Below are positions 21,516-30,831 of a stretch of 49,775 nucleotides of DNA, piece by piece; the first letter of the stretch is position 1; each line of letters begins with the position of its first letter. The position numbers and the translations under genes were made by a program. The stretch is from a virus (lineage: Duplodnaviria; Heunggongvirae; Uroviricota; Caudoviricetes). The notes beneath the pieces are model-generated. The model ran no database searches and was not told where the DNA came from. It saw only the letters and a program-made list of their open reading frames with translations. The stretch is taken from IMG/VR virus record IMGVR_UViG_2630968800_000001. One strand, 5' to 3'.

Positions 21516-21641
21516 GTCTTTCAGTCTGCGATGATGGGAAATCCCGGAGTGACTGAAAGACGTTTAAGTTATGAATGATCGCCTTTTTTTGCAAAATTGC
21601 TGTGCAGAAATACTAACCTTCGGGCGTGCGATCATTCATAA
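21516..21641 (+). other. two long inverted repeats in the late-transcript leader
   Basis: Hairpin 1: 11-bp stem GTCTTTCAGTC / GACTGAAAGAC (21516-21526 / 21551-21561); hairpin 2: 14-bp stem TTATGAATGATCGC / GCGATCATTCATAA (21569-21582 / 21628-21641). Confidence 0.5.
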
Positions 21642-21801
21642 GCACTCTGCTTTTATTCCGATTAACTGTGGGTGGTTTGTTGGATAGAGTGCTTTCCTTA
21701 CTGTATATATCGTTTCGCCCGCTTTTGCGTTTTTTTCTTTTCAAATCCCTTTCATTTCTCAGTGTAAAACTACGCCATCCGTTATTTGCGGAGGTGAGGC
21801 T

Positions 21802-22017
21802 ATGAAATCCATGGACAAAATTTCAACGGGCATTGCCTACGGCACCTCCGCCGGCAGTGCCGGCTACTGGTTTTTGCAGTGGTTGGATCAGGTCAGGCCA
21901 TCACAGTGGGCTGCGATTGGTGTGCTGGGAAGTCTGCTTCTGGGGCTTCTGACTTATCTGACGAATCTGTATTTCAAAATAAGAGAAGACAAGCGTAAGG
22001 CTGCACGGGGAGAGTAA
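21802..22017 (+). CDS. S: class II holin, S21-type pinholin
   Basis: 71 aa [31 protein letters not shown]...[17 protein letters not shown], dual-start motif, near-identical to phage 21 S as recalled. Confidence 0.85.
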   Translation: MKSMDKISTGIAYGTSAGSAGYWFLQWLDQVRPSQWAAIGVLGSLLLGLLTYLTNLYFKIREDKRKAARGE

Positions 22018-22020
22018 ATA

Positions 22021-22650
22021 ATGAAGCATGAAGAAATGAATCAGCGATTCAATCACCTGGAAAATGAAATCACTGAGCTTAATAAAAAATTGTCGGCGTT
22101 GGTGAGTTCTGAAGATGAAAACAAACGCCGCGATGAGCATTATGCGGCGATTTACGATTACTGCCACAAAGTCGCTCACGAGACTTTTATGAAGTTTTTG
22201 CAGGAAAAGTTTTTACCGGCCGCATTGTCAGAAAAAGAGGCGGCTTACCTGCGGCCTGAGTACGTCATTACGGTTAACAGTGCCGGAGAGGAAGAGCATA
22301 AAAGTGATTTTATTGCGTCTGCACCGGATAAAGACCAGGAACCCCATCGGCCTTTCAGGGTTTCCTGTGAAGAGGGTGAGTTCGTCGTTTATGAGAACGG
22401 AAAACCTGTCCGGGCATCGCATCATCACTGCCTGAAAATTATTAATCTCGCTATCAGATGCCTGAAAGACGAAAACACCAGAGTTATGAAACGCATTGGC
22501 CGTTGCATGGGGTATTTGCAGGTGGCGGCAGAGATTGAAGCACTTGCCAGTGGTGCAGACATGGATGCTGCGGTGCGGGAGGCTCTTCTTCGTGATTTCA
22601 ATACTCCCCCTTTAAGAAAGAGCCTGATGACTGGATCCAGCCGGGGCTGA
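22021..22650 (+). CDS. hypothetical protein, 209 aa, inserted between holin and endolysin
   Basis: Intact ORF starting 4 nt after the holin stop; N-terminal heptad-like region, acidic, HHHC and C-x3-C residues; no family assigned. Confidence 0.55.
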   Translation: MKHEEMNQRFNHLENEITELNKKLSALVSSEDENKRRDEHYAAIYDYCHKVAHETFMKFLQEKFLPAALSEKEAAYLRPEYVITVNSAGEEEHKSDFIASAPDKDQEPHRPFRVSCEEGEFVVYENGKPVRASHHHCLKIINLAIRCLKDENTRVMKRIGRCMGYLQVAAEIEALASGADMDAAVREALLRDFNTPPLRKSLMTGSSRG

Positions 22651-22715
22651 CTTATCTTAAAAGGCGTATATAAGTTGGCTCGTTATTTGTTGCCGATAAA
22701 TCCTGATAAATATCC

Positions 22716-23249
22716 ATGAGCGCAAAAATCAAATACGGCCTGTCGGCTGCTGTTCTGGCGCTGATTGCCGCAGGCGCGTCTGCTCCCCAGATACTTGACC
22801 AGTTTCTGAACGAAAAAGAGGGTAATCACACAACGGCATACCGTGATGGTTCTGGCATATGGACCATCTGTCGTGGTGCCACAATGGTGGATGGTAAGCC
22901 TGTCATACCGGGAATGAAGCTGTCGAAGGAAAAATGTGACCAGGTTAACGCTATTGAACGTGATAAGGCGCTGGCATGGGTGGAGCGCAATATTAAAGTA
23001 CCTCTGACCGAACCCCAGAAAGCGGGTATAGCGTCATTTTGCCCCTATAACATTGGCCCCGGTAAGTGTTTCCCGTCGACGTTTTATAAGCGGCTGAATG
23101 CCGGTGATCGTAAGGGCGCATGCGAGGCGATTCGCTGGTGGATAAAAGATGTTGGGCGCGATTGCCGCATACGTTCAAATAACTGCTATGGACAGGTTAT
23201 TCGTCGTGACCAGGAAAGCGCATTAGCCTGTTGGGGGATAGATCAATGA
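22716..23249 (+). CDS. R: SAR endolysin (T4-lysozyme fold)
   Basis: N-terminal Gly/Ala-rich signal-anchor-release segment ([16 protein letters not shown]) then E-x8-D-x5-T catalytic triad. Confidence 0.85.
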   Translation: MSAKIKYGLSAAVLALIAAGASAPQILDQFLNEKEGNHTTAYRDGSGIWTICRGATMVDGKPVIPGMKLSKEKCDQVNAIERDKALAWVERNIKVPLTEPQKAGIASFCPYNIGPGKCFPSTFYKRLNAGDRKGACEAIRWWIKDVGRDCRIRSNNCYGQVIRRDQESALACWGIDQ

Positions 23250-23465
23250 GCAGAGTCACCGCGATTATCTCCGCTCTGGTTATCTGCATCATCGTCTGCC
23301 TGTCATGGGCTGTTAATCATTACCGTGATAACGCCATTACCTACAAAGAGCAGCGCGACAAAAACGCCGGAGAACTGAAGCTGGCGAACGCAACCATTAC
23401 TGACATGCAGCAGCGCCAGCGTGATGCTGATGCACTCGATGCTAAATACACGAAGGAGTTAGCTG

Positions 23466-23647
23466 ATGCGAAAGCTGAAAATGATGCTCTTCGGCGCAAG
23501 CTTGATAATGGTGGTCGGGTGCTCGTCAAAGGAAAATGCCCTGTGCCATCCTCAGCCGAAACCTCCAGCGCCTCCGGCATGGGCAATGATGCCACCGTCG
23601 AACTCTCTCCAGTTGCTGGACGAAACGTTCTCGGTATCCGGGACGGG
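23466..23647 (+). pseudogene. Rz1: o-spanin Rz1, 3'-truncated by IS600
   Basis: Embedded +1 frame [39 protein letters not shown]... Confidence 0.7.
23471..23647. repeat. 177-bp segment duplicated in inverse orientation at 16365-16541
   Basis: Direct base-by-base comparison: identical apart from the last base. Confidence 0.8.
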
Positions 23648-23711
23648 TGAGGTAGCCTGAGTTTAACGGACACTCCTTCCTGAAATAGAATGGCATCAGA
23701 AGGAGCTAATA

Positions 23712-24014
23712 ATGAGCAGAAAAACCCAACGTTACTCTAAAGAGTTCAAAGCCGAAGCTGTCAGAACGGTTCTTGAAAATCAACTTTCGATCAGTGAAGG
23801 CGCTTCCCGATTATCTCTTCCTGAAGGCACTTTAGGACAATGGGTTACCGCCGCCAGAAAAGGGCTCGGTACTCCTGGTTCCCGCACGCTGGCTGAACTG
23901 GAATCTGAAATTCTGCAACTGCGTAAGGCGTTAAATGAAGCTCGCCTTGAGCGAGATATATTAAAAAAAGCAACAGCGTATTTTGCACAGGAGTCGCTGA
24001 AAAATACGCGTTAA
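23712..24014 (+). CDS. IS600 OrfA
   Basis: Identical to copy 1 OrfA except V to L at one position. Confidence 0.85.
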   Translation: MSRKTQRYSKEFKAEAVRTVLENQLSISEGASRLSLPEGTLGQWVTAARKGLGTPGSRTLAELESEILQLRKALNEARLERDILKKATAYFAQESLKNTR

Positions 24015-24049
24015 TCGAACAATGGCGACAACAATTTCCCATTGAAGCG

Positions 24050-24868
24050 ATGTGTCAGGTATTTGGTGTATCCAGGAGCGGTTATTACAACTGGGTACAG
24101 CATGAACCCTCAGACAGAAAACAAAGTGATGAGCGGCTAAAACCGGAGATTAAGGTGGCACATATCCGCACTCGCGAAACATATGGAACCCGGCGGCTCC
24201 AGACGGAGCTGGCAGAGAATGGCATCATCGTTGGTCGTGACCGACTGGCACGTCTTCGTAAGGAGCTAAGGCTACGCTGTAAGCAGAAACGCAAGTTCAG
24301 AGCGACTACGAACCCGAACCACAATCTGCCAGTTGCGCCAAATCTGCTGAACCAGACGTTCGCTCCTACAGCACCAAATCAGGTCTGGGTGGCGGACCTG
24401 ACGTATGTTGCCACACAGGAGGGATGGTTGTACCTCGCTGGCATCAAAGATGTTTATACGTGTGAAATTGTCGGCTACGCCATGGGAGAGCGCATGACAA
24501 AAGAGCTGACAGGTAAAGCCCTGTTTATGGCGCTCAGGAGCCAGCGCCCACCTGCCGGGCTAATCCACCACTCTGATCGAGGTTCACAGTACTGCGCATA
24601 CGATTACCGGGTCATACAGGAGCAGTCTGGTCTGAAAACATCAATGTCGCGTAAAGGTAACTGTTACGACAATGCTCCGATGGAAAGCTTCTGGGGAACG
24701 CTGAAAAATGAGAGCCTGAGCCACTATCGTTTTAATAACCGGGATGAAGCCATCTCAGTAATACGGGAATACATTGAGATTTTCTACAATCGTCAGCGTC
24801 GTCACTCTCGTCTGGGGAATATCTCCCCGGCAGCCTTCAGGGAAAAATATCATCAGATGGCTGCTTAA
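24050..24868 (+). CDS. IS600 OrfB
   Basis: 272 aa; differs from copy 1 at 2 residues. Confidence 0.85.
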   Translation: MCQVFGVSRSGYYNWVQHEPSDRKQSDERLKPEIKVAHIRTRETYGTRRLQTELAENGIIVGRDRLARLRKELRLRCKQKRKFRATTNPNHNLPVAPNLLNQTFAPTAPNQVWVADLTYVATQEGWLYLAGIKDVYTCEIVGYAMGERMTKELTGKALFMALRSQRPPAGLIHHSDRGSQYCAYDYRVIQEQSGLKTSMSRKGNCYDNAPMESFWGTLKNESLSHYRFNNRDEAISVIREYIEIFYNRQRRHSRLGNISPAAFREKYHQMAA

Positions 24869-24911
24869 AAAAAGAACAAATGGTAGTGTCCGCTATTGCC
24901 AGTACACCTCA

Positions 24912-25219
24912 AACTACTCATTGCCAGATGGGAACTGACCGCAGAACAGGCTGTCGCACAGCAGTTAAAAAATCAGGTGTCAAAAGGAAATCTTATCGAT
25001 ACCGGATTTTGTATTTTTGCCCTTAGTAAGCTGGCGATGGCTTTATCCAGTACGCTTGACTCCATTCCTTTGTCCATGCAACGACAGTTCCCGGATTTAA
25101 CGCCGCGTCATATTGATCATCTGAAAATCCTTATTGCTAAGGGAGCGAATCAGTGCGCGCGTGCGGGGGATAAATTACCGGATTTACTCGATGAATATAT
25201 CAGAACAACAACTGAGTAA
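24912..25219 (+). pseudogene. Nu1: terminase small subunit Nu1, C-terminal ~100 codons only
   Basis: ...DTGFCIFALSKLAMALSSTLDSIPLSMQRQFPDLTPRHIDHL...LLDEYI matches the Nu1 C-terminal half; 5' half and cos replaced by IS600. Confidence 0.8.
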
Positions 25220-27101
25220 TATGATGGTGGCAGTCACTATCGCACTGCAGCCACTGGTCAGGGTATTGCCGGTGACGGCTGTAGAATGGGCCGATCAAAA
25301 TTATTACCTGCCTAAAGAATCGTCATACGGTGAGGGGGAATGGAAAACGCTGCCGTTTCAGGTCGCCATCATGAACTGCATGGGCAATGACGAGATTCGT
25401 ACAGTTAACCTGATTAAATCTGCCCGTGTTGGTTATACAAAAATGGTGCTTGGTGTGATCGGGTATTTTATTGAGCACAAATCCCGCAACACTCTTCTTT
25501 TTCAGCCGACGGACTCAGCTGCTGAAGATTTTATGAAGTCTCACGTGGAAGCAACAATTCGTGATGTTCCTTGCCTGAAAAAACTTTCTCCCTGGCTGGG
25601 CCGGAAACACCGGGATAATACGCTCACACTGAAGCGTTTTTCCTCTGGTGTGGGGTTCTGGTGTTTGGGTGGTGCTGCTGCCAAAAACTACCGTGAAAAA
25701 TCTGTCGATGTGGTCTGCTATGACGAACTCTCCTCGTTTGAACCGGATGTGGAAAAAGAAGGTTCGCCAACACTGCTTGGCGATAAACGTATTGAAGGTT
25801 CGGTATGGCCAAAATCCATACGCGGTTCAACGCCAAAAATTAAAGGCTCCTGTCAGATTGAAAAAGCTGCGAATGAATCTGCGCATTTCATGCGGTTTTA
25901 TGTCCCTTGCCCTCATTGCGGGGAGGAGCAGTATCTGAAGTTTGGCGATGATGCGACGTCGTTTGGCCTGAAATGGGAGAAGGGTAAACCGGAAACGGTG
26001 TATTACCTGTGTGAACATAATGGCTGCGTGATCCGTCAGTCTGAACTTGATCAGACCGGGGGGCGCTGGATTTGTGACAATACCGGGATGTGGACGTGTG
26101 ACGGTCTGACGTTTTTCAGTGCTTCGGGTAATGAAATTCCGCCGCCGCGCTCCATCACTTTCCATATATGGACGGCGTACAGTCCGTTCACCACCTGGGT
26201 ACAGATAGTCTGTGACTGGCTGGATGCACTGAAAGATCCCAACGGCGTGAAAACTTTTGTGAACACCACGCTGGGCGAGACCTGGGAAGAGGCCGTGGGC
26301 GAAAAACTCGATCACCAGGTACTGATGGATAAGGTTGTGCCTTACACGGTAACGGTGCCTGTCCGGGTGGTTTATCTGACGGCGGGCATTGACTCGCAGC
26401 GAAACCGTTTTGAGATGTATGTCTGGGGGTGGGCTCCGGGAGAGGAAGCCTTTCTGGTGGATAAAATCATCATCATGGGACGTCCTGATGAGGAAGAGAC
26501 GCTGTTACGTGTGGATGCGGCGATCAATAAAAAATACCGCCATGCAGACGGTACCGAAATGACCATTTCCCGTGTCTGCTGGGATATCGGGGGGATCGAT
26601 GGCGAAATCGTGTATCAGAGGTCAAAAAAACACGGTGTTTTCCGGGTACTGCCGGTAAAAGGTGCCTCTGTCTATGGCAAGCCGGTGATCACCATGCCGA
26701 AAACCCGCAATCAGCGGGGTGTGTATCTGTGTGAGGTGGGGACGGATACCGCAAAAGAAATTCTCTATGCCCGAATGAAGGCCGATCCCACCCCTGTGAA
26801 TGAGGCCACATCGTATGCCATCCGCTTTCCTGATAATCCGGAGATTTTTTCGCAGACAGAGGCACAACAACTGGTGGCGGAGGAACTGGTGGAAAAGTGG
26901 GAAAAAGGAAAGATGCGTCTGTTGTGGGATAACAAAAAGCGGCGTAACGAAGCGCTGGACTGCCTGGTGTATGCCTATGCGGCATTACGTGTGTCCGTGC
27001 AACGCTGGCAACTTGATCTGGCTGTGCAGTTGCATCCCGCAAGGATGCAACTGCACAACCGACCCTTGAAGAACTGGCAGCGAAGCTGTCCGGAGGAGTG
27101 A
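25191..27101 (+). CDS. A: terminase large subunit gpA (lambda-like)
   Basis: MNISEQQLSNMM...TAVEWADQNYYLPKESSYGEGEWKTLPFQ... collinear with lambda gpA; last ~27 codons lack homology in this frame. Confidence 0.88.
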   Translation: MNISEQQLSNMMVAVTIALQPLVRVLPVTAVEWADQNYYLPKESSYGEGEWKTLPFQVAIMNCMGNDEIRTVNLIKSARVGYTKMVLGVIGYFIEHKSRNTLLFQPTDSAAEDFMKSHVEATIRDVPCLKKLSPWLGRKHRDNTLTLKRFSSGVGFWCLGGAAAKNYREKSVDVVCYDELSSFEPDVEKEGSPTLLGDKRIEGSVWPKSIRGSTPKIKGSCQIEKAANESAHFMRFYVPCPHCGEEQYLKFGDDATSFGLKWEKGKPETVYYLCEHNGCVIRQSELDQTGGRWICDNTGMWTCDGLTFFSASGNEIPPPRSITFHIWTAYSPFTTWVQIVCDWLDALKDPNGVKTFVNTTLGETWEEAVGEKLDHQVLMDKVVPYTVTVPVRVVYLTAGIDSQRNRFEMYVWGWAPGEEAFLVDKIIIMGRPDEEETLLRVDAAINKKYRHADGTEMTISRVCWDIGGIDGEIVYQRSKKHGVFRVLPVKGASVYGKPVITMPKTRNQRGVYLCEVGTDTAKEILYARMKADPTPVNEATSYAIRFPDNPEIFSQTEAQQLVAEELVEKWEKGKMRLLWDNKKRRNEALDCLVYAYAALRVSVQRWQLDLAVQLHPARMQLHNRPLKNWQRSCPEE

Positions 27102-27305
27102 ATGGTTACAGTCGCTGAACTGCAGGCGCTGCGTCAGGCGCGCCTTGATTTATTAACCGGTAAACGGGTTGTGTCGGTACAGAAAGACGGTCGCAGGATC
27201 GAATATACGGCAGCGTCCCTGAATGAGCTTAACCGTGCGATCAACGATGCGGAGTCGGTTCTGGGTACGACCCGACGCCGCCGACCGCTGGGAGTGAGGT
27301 TATGA
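27102..27305 (+). CDS. W: head-tail joining protein gpW
   Basis: LTGKRVVSVQKDGRRIEYTAASLNEL matches lambda W. Confidence 0.85.
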   Translation: MVTVAELQALRQARLDLLTGKRVVSVQKDGRRIEYTAASLNELNRAINDAESVLGTTRRRRPLGVRL

Positions 27306-28895
27306 AACGAACGCCTGTCCTGATTGATGTGAACGGCGTTCCGCTTCGTGAGAGTCTCAGCTACAACGGAGGCGGCGCAGGATTTGGCGGGCAAATGGCA
27401 GAGTGGTTACCACCGGCGCAGAGTGCCGATGCGGCCCTGTTGCCTGCATTGCGTCTGGGGAATGCCCGGGCAGATGATCTGGTGCGCAATAACGGTATCG
27501 CGGCTAATGCGGTGGCCCTGCATAAGGATCATATCGTCGGGCACATGTTTCTTATCAGCTACCGTCTGAACTGGCGTTGGCTGGGGATGCGGGAGACCAC
27601 GGCAAAAAGTTTTGTCGGGGAGGTGGAAGCAGCCTGGTCGGAATACGCAGAAGGAATGTTTGGCGAGATCGACGTGGAAGGGAAACGCACGTTTACGGAA
27701 TTTATCCGTGAAGGGGTGGGCGTGCATGCCTTTAACGGCGAAATCTTTGTGCAGCCGGTCTGGGATACGGAAACCACGCAGTTATTCCGTACGCGTTTTA
27801 AAGCCGTGAGTCCGAAACGGGTGGACACGCCAGGACACGGTATGGGGAACCACTTTCTGCGGGCCGGGGTTGAGGTCGATCGGTATGGGCGGGCGATTGC
27901 GTACCATATCTGTGAGGATGATTTTCCGTTCTCTGGTGCCGGACGCTGGGAGCGGATCCCGCGTGAGCTTCCCACCGGGCGTCCGGCCATGCTGCATATT
28001 TTTGAGCCGGTGGAGGACGGGCAGACCCGTGGGGCTAATCAGTTTTACAGCGTAATGGAGCGGATGAAGATGCTGGACTCCCTGCAGGCCACGCAGCTTC
28101 AGTCGGCCATTGTGAAGGCGATGTATGCAGCCACAATCGAAAGTGAACTTGATACCGAAAAGGCATTTGAATATATCGCGGGGGCACCGCAAGGTCAGCA
28201 GGATAATCCGCTTATTAATATTCTGGAGAAGTTCACCCGCTGGTATGACACGAATAACGTGACGCTGGGCGGTGTTAAAATTCCGCACCTTTTTTCCTGG
28301 CGATGCGCTGAACCTGCAGACAGCGCAGGATTCAGACAATGGATTTTCGGCGCTTGAACAGGCGCTGCTGCGGTATATTGCAGCCGGTCTTGGCGTTTCC
28401 TACGAACAGTTGTCCCGTGATTACTCGAAGGTCAGTTACTCAAGTGCCCGCGCCTCCGCCAATGAGTCGTGGCGCTATTTTATGGGGCGGCGAAAATTTA
28501 TTGCGGCCCGGCTGGCCACGCAGATGTTTTCCTGCTGGCTGGAAGAGGCGCTTCTTCGGGGGATTATTCGTCCGCCACGGGCGCGTTTTGATTTTTACCA
28601 GGCGCGTTCAGCCTGGTCACGGGCAGAGTGGATTAGCTCCGGAAGAATGGCCATTGACGGGCTCAAGGAGGTCCAGGAATCGGTGATGCGCATTGAGGCC
28701 GGACTGAGCACGTATGAGAAAGAACTGGCACTGATGGGCGAAGATTATCAGGACATTTTCCGCCAGCAGGTCAGGGAATCCGCAGAGCGCGAAAAAGCCG
28801 GACTCTCACGTCCGGTGTGGATAGCCCAGGCGTATCAGCAGCAGATAGCGGAGAGTCGCAGGCCGGAAGAGGAGACAACATCACGTGAGACGTAA
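27302..28895 (+). pseudogene. B: portal protein gpB with +1 frameshift
   Basis: N-part (to 28357) and C-part (28272-28895) both match lambda gpB but in different frames; shift is in a T6 run at 28290-28295. Confidence 0.85.
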
Positions 28896-30390
28896 TCTTT
28901 CACATATTATCGCTGCGGCATTCAATGAGCCGCTGCTTCTGGAGCCCGCCTATGCGCGGGTTTTCTTTTGCGCGCTCGGGCGTGAGATGGGCGCAGCAAG
29001 CCTTTCGGTACCGCAACAGCAGGTACAGCTTGACGCTCCCGGGATGCTGGCTGAAACGGACGAGTACATGGCCGGAGGCAAACGACCTGCCCGTGTTTAC
29101 CGGGTGGTGAACGGTATTGCTGTACTGCCGGTGACCGGCACGCTGGTACACCGGCTGGGTGGCATGCGGCCATTTTCCGGAATGACTGGCTATGACGGCA
29201 TTGTCGCCTGTCTTCAGCAGGCAATGGCGGACACTCAGGTACGGGGCGTACTGCTGGACATTGACAGTTCTGGCGGGCAGGCCACCGGCGCGTTTGACTG
29301 CGCTGACATGATTTACCGTCTCCGGCAGCTGAAGCCTGTCTGGGCACTGTGCAATGACACGGCCTGTTCAGCCGCCATGTTACTGGCATCGGCCTGCTCC
29401 CGACGGCTGGTTACCCAGACATCCCGTATCGGCTCCATTGGGGTGATGATGGGCCATGTCAGCTATGCCGGTCATCTGGCACAGGCCGGTGTGGATATCA
29501 CGCTGATTTACGCCGGATCGCACAAGGTGGATGGCAATCAGTTTGAATCCCTGCCAGCAAAGGTTCGCCAGGACATGCAGCAGCGCATTGATGCGGCGCG
29601 CCGGATGTTTGCTGAAAAAGTGGCGATGTATACCGGTTTATCTGTGGATGCGGTTATGGGAACAGAGGCCGCCGTTTTTGAAGGTCAGTCCGGTATTGAG
29701 GCCGAACTGGCGGATGAATTAATCAATGCGTCGGACGCCATCAGCGTGATGGCTGCGACGCTGAACACACACGATACAGGAGGCACTATGCCGCAATTAA
29801 CTGCAACGGAGGCTGCCGCGCAGGAGAACCAGCGAGTGATGGGGATCCTGACGTGTCAGGAAGCGAAAGGACGTGAACAACTGGCCACGATGCTGGCAGG
29901 GCAACAGGGTATGAGCGTTGAGCAGGCCCGGGCGATTCTGGCCGTGGCGGCACCGCAACAATCTGGTGTATCTGCGCAGAGTGAAGCCGATCGCATTATG
30001 GCATGTGAAGAGGCGAAAGGACGTGAACAACTGGCGGCAACGCTGGCGGCGATGCCGGAGATGACGGTGGAAAAAGCCCGTCCGATTCTGGCTGCTTCAC
30101 CGCAGGCGAATGCCGGACCCTCACTTCGTGATCAGATTATGGCCCTGGATGAGGCAAAAGGGGCAGAGGCGCAGGCTGAAAAACTGGCGGCCTGTCCGGG
30201 GATGACCGTGGAGAATGCCCGGGCTGTACTGGCGGCAGCCTCAGGCAGGGCAGAACCGGTTTCTGCATCCACAACCGCCATGTTTGAACATTTCATGGCG
30301 AACCATTCACCGGCAGCGGTACAGGGTGGCGTGCCACAGACGTCAGCAGACGGTGATGCGGACGTGAAAATGCTCATGGCCATGCCATGA
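28885..30390 (+). CDS. C: prohead protease gpC with nested scaffold Nu3 region
   Basis: Collinear with lambda C (S49/ClpP-like core ...SIGVMMGHVSYAG...); C-terminal motif present in three diverged tandem copies. Confidence 0.85.
   Translation: MRRNLSHIIAAAFNEPLLLEPAYARVFFCALGREMGAASLSVPQQQVQLDAPGMLAETDEYMAGGKRPARVYRVVNGIAVLPVTGTLVHRLGGMRPFSGMTGYDGIVACLQQAMADTQVRGVLLDIDSSGGQATGAFDCADMIYRLRQLKPVWALCNDTACSAAMLLASACSRRLVTQTSRIGSIGVMMGHVSYAGHLAQAGVDITLIYAGSHKVDGNQFESLPAKVRQDMQQRIDAARRMFAEKVAMYTGLSVDAVMGTEAAVFEGQSGIEAELADELINASDAISVMAATLNTHDTGGTMPQLTATEAAAQENQRVMGILTCQEAKGREQLATMLAGQQGMSVEQARAILAVAAPQQSGVSAQSEADRIMACEEAKGREQLAATLAAMPEMTVEKARPILAASPQANAGPSLRDQIMALDEAKGAEAQAEKLAACPGMTVENARAVLAAASGRAEPVSASTTAMFEHFMANHSPAAVQGGVPQTSADGDADVKMLMAMP
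29836..30270 (+). repeat. three diverged tandem coding repeats (~141-156 bp) in C/Nu3
   Basis: Protein-level repeat IMxxxEAKGxEQxAxxLAxxPxMTVExARxILAA seen three times. Confidence 0.6.
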
Positions 30391-30426
30391 AGTCAGTGCT
30401 GACCATCAATATGAGGTTTTTACAAT

Positions 30427-30774
30427 ATGGTAACGAAAACCATCACTGAACAGCGTGCGGAAGTACGTATTTTTGCCGGTAATGATCCGGCCCATACCGC
30501 CACAGGCAGCAGCGGGATTTCCTCGGCAACACCGGCTCTGACGCCCCTGATGCTGGATGAGGATACCGGGAAACTGGTGGTCTGGGACGGACAGAAGGCA
30601 GGCCATGTGGTTGGCATACTGGTACTGCCGCTTGAAGGTACAGAGACGGTGCTGACGTATTACAAGTCGGGGACCTTTGCGACGGAGGCCATCCACTGGC
30701 CTGAGAGAGTGGATACACACAAAAAGGCGAATGCCTTTGCCGGCAGTGCCCTGAGTCACGCAGCGCTGCCGTAA
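30427..30774 (+). CDS. D: head decoration protein gpD
   Basis: ...DPAHTATG...TPLMLDEDTGKLVVWDG...YYKSGTF... matches lambda D. Confidence 0.85.
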   Translation: MVTKTITEQRAEVRIFAGNDPAHTATGSSGISSATPALTPLMLDEDTGKLVVWDGQKAGHVVGILVLPLEGTETVLTYYKSGTFATEAIHWPERVDTHKKANAFAGSALSHAALP

Positions 30775-30831
30775 CATTTTATCAGGTCACTGCGGTAGCC
30801 TGACTGATTTCTGAATGAAAGGAACTGATTT

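Larger units (their letters stand above)
23246..23647 (+). pseudogene. Rz: i-spanin Rz, 3'-truncated by IS600
   Basis: [34 protein letters not shown]... matches lambda Rz; reading frame ends in the TGA that starts IS600. Confidence 0.85.
23648..24911 (+). mobile_element. IS600, copy 2, 1264 bp
   Basis: Ends TGAGGTAGCCTGAG...CCAGTACACCTCA; a few SNPs versus copy 1; flanks GGG/AAC, no target-site duplication. Confidence 0.85.

Noticed and set aside
21510-21801. Looked for stxA/stxB or other toxin cargo in the Q-tRNA-to-holin gap, the canonical Stx locus
   Set aside because: Only about 290 bp with no ORF of meaningful length; region contains hairpins only.
24912-25190. Searched upstream of gene A for cosN/cosB
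   Set aside because: IS600 replaces the Nu1 5' half and everything upstream; no cos-like sequence remains.
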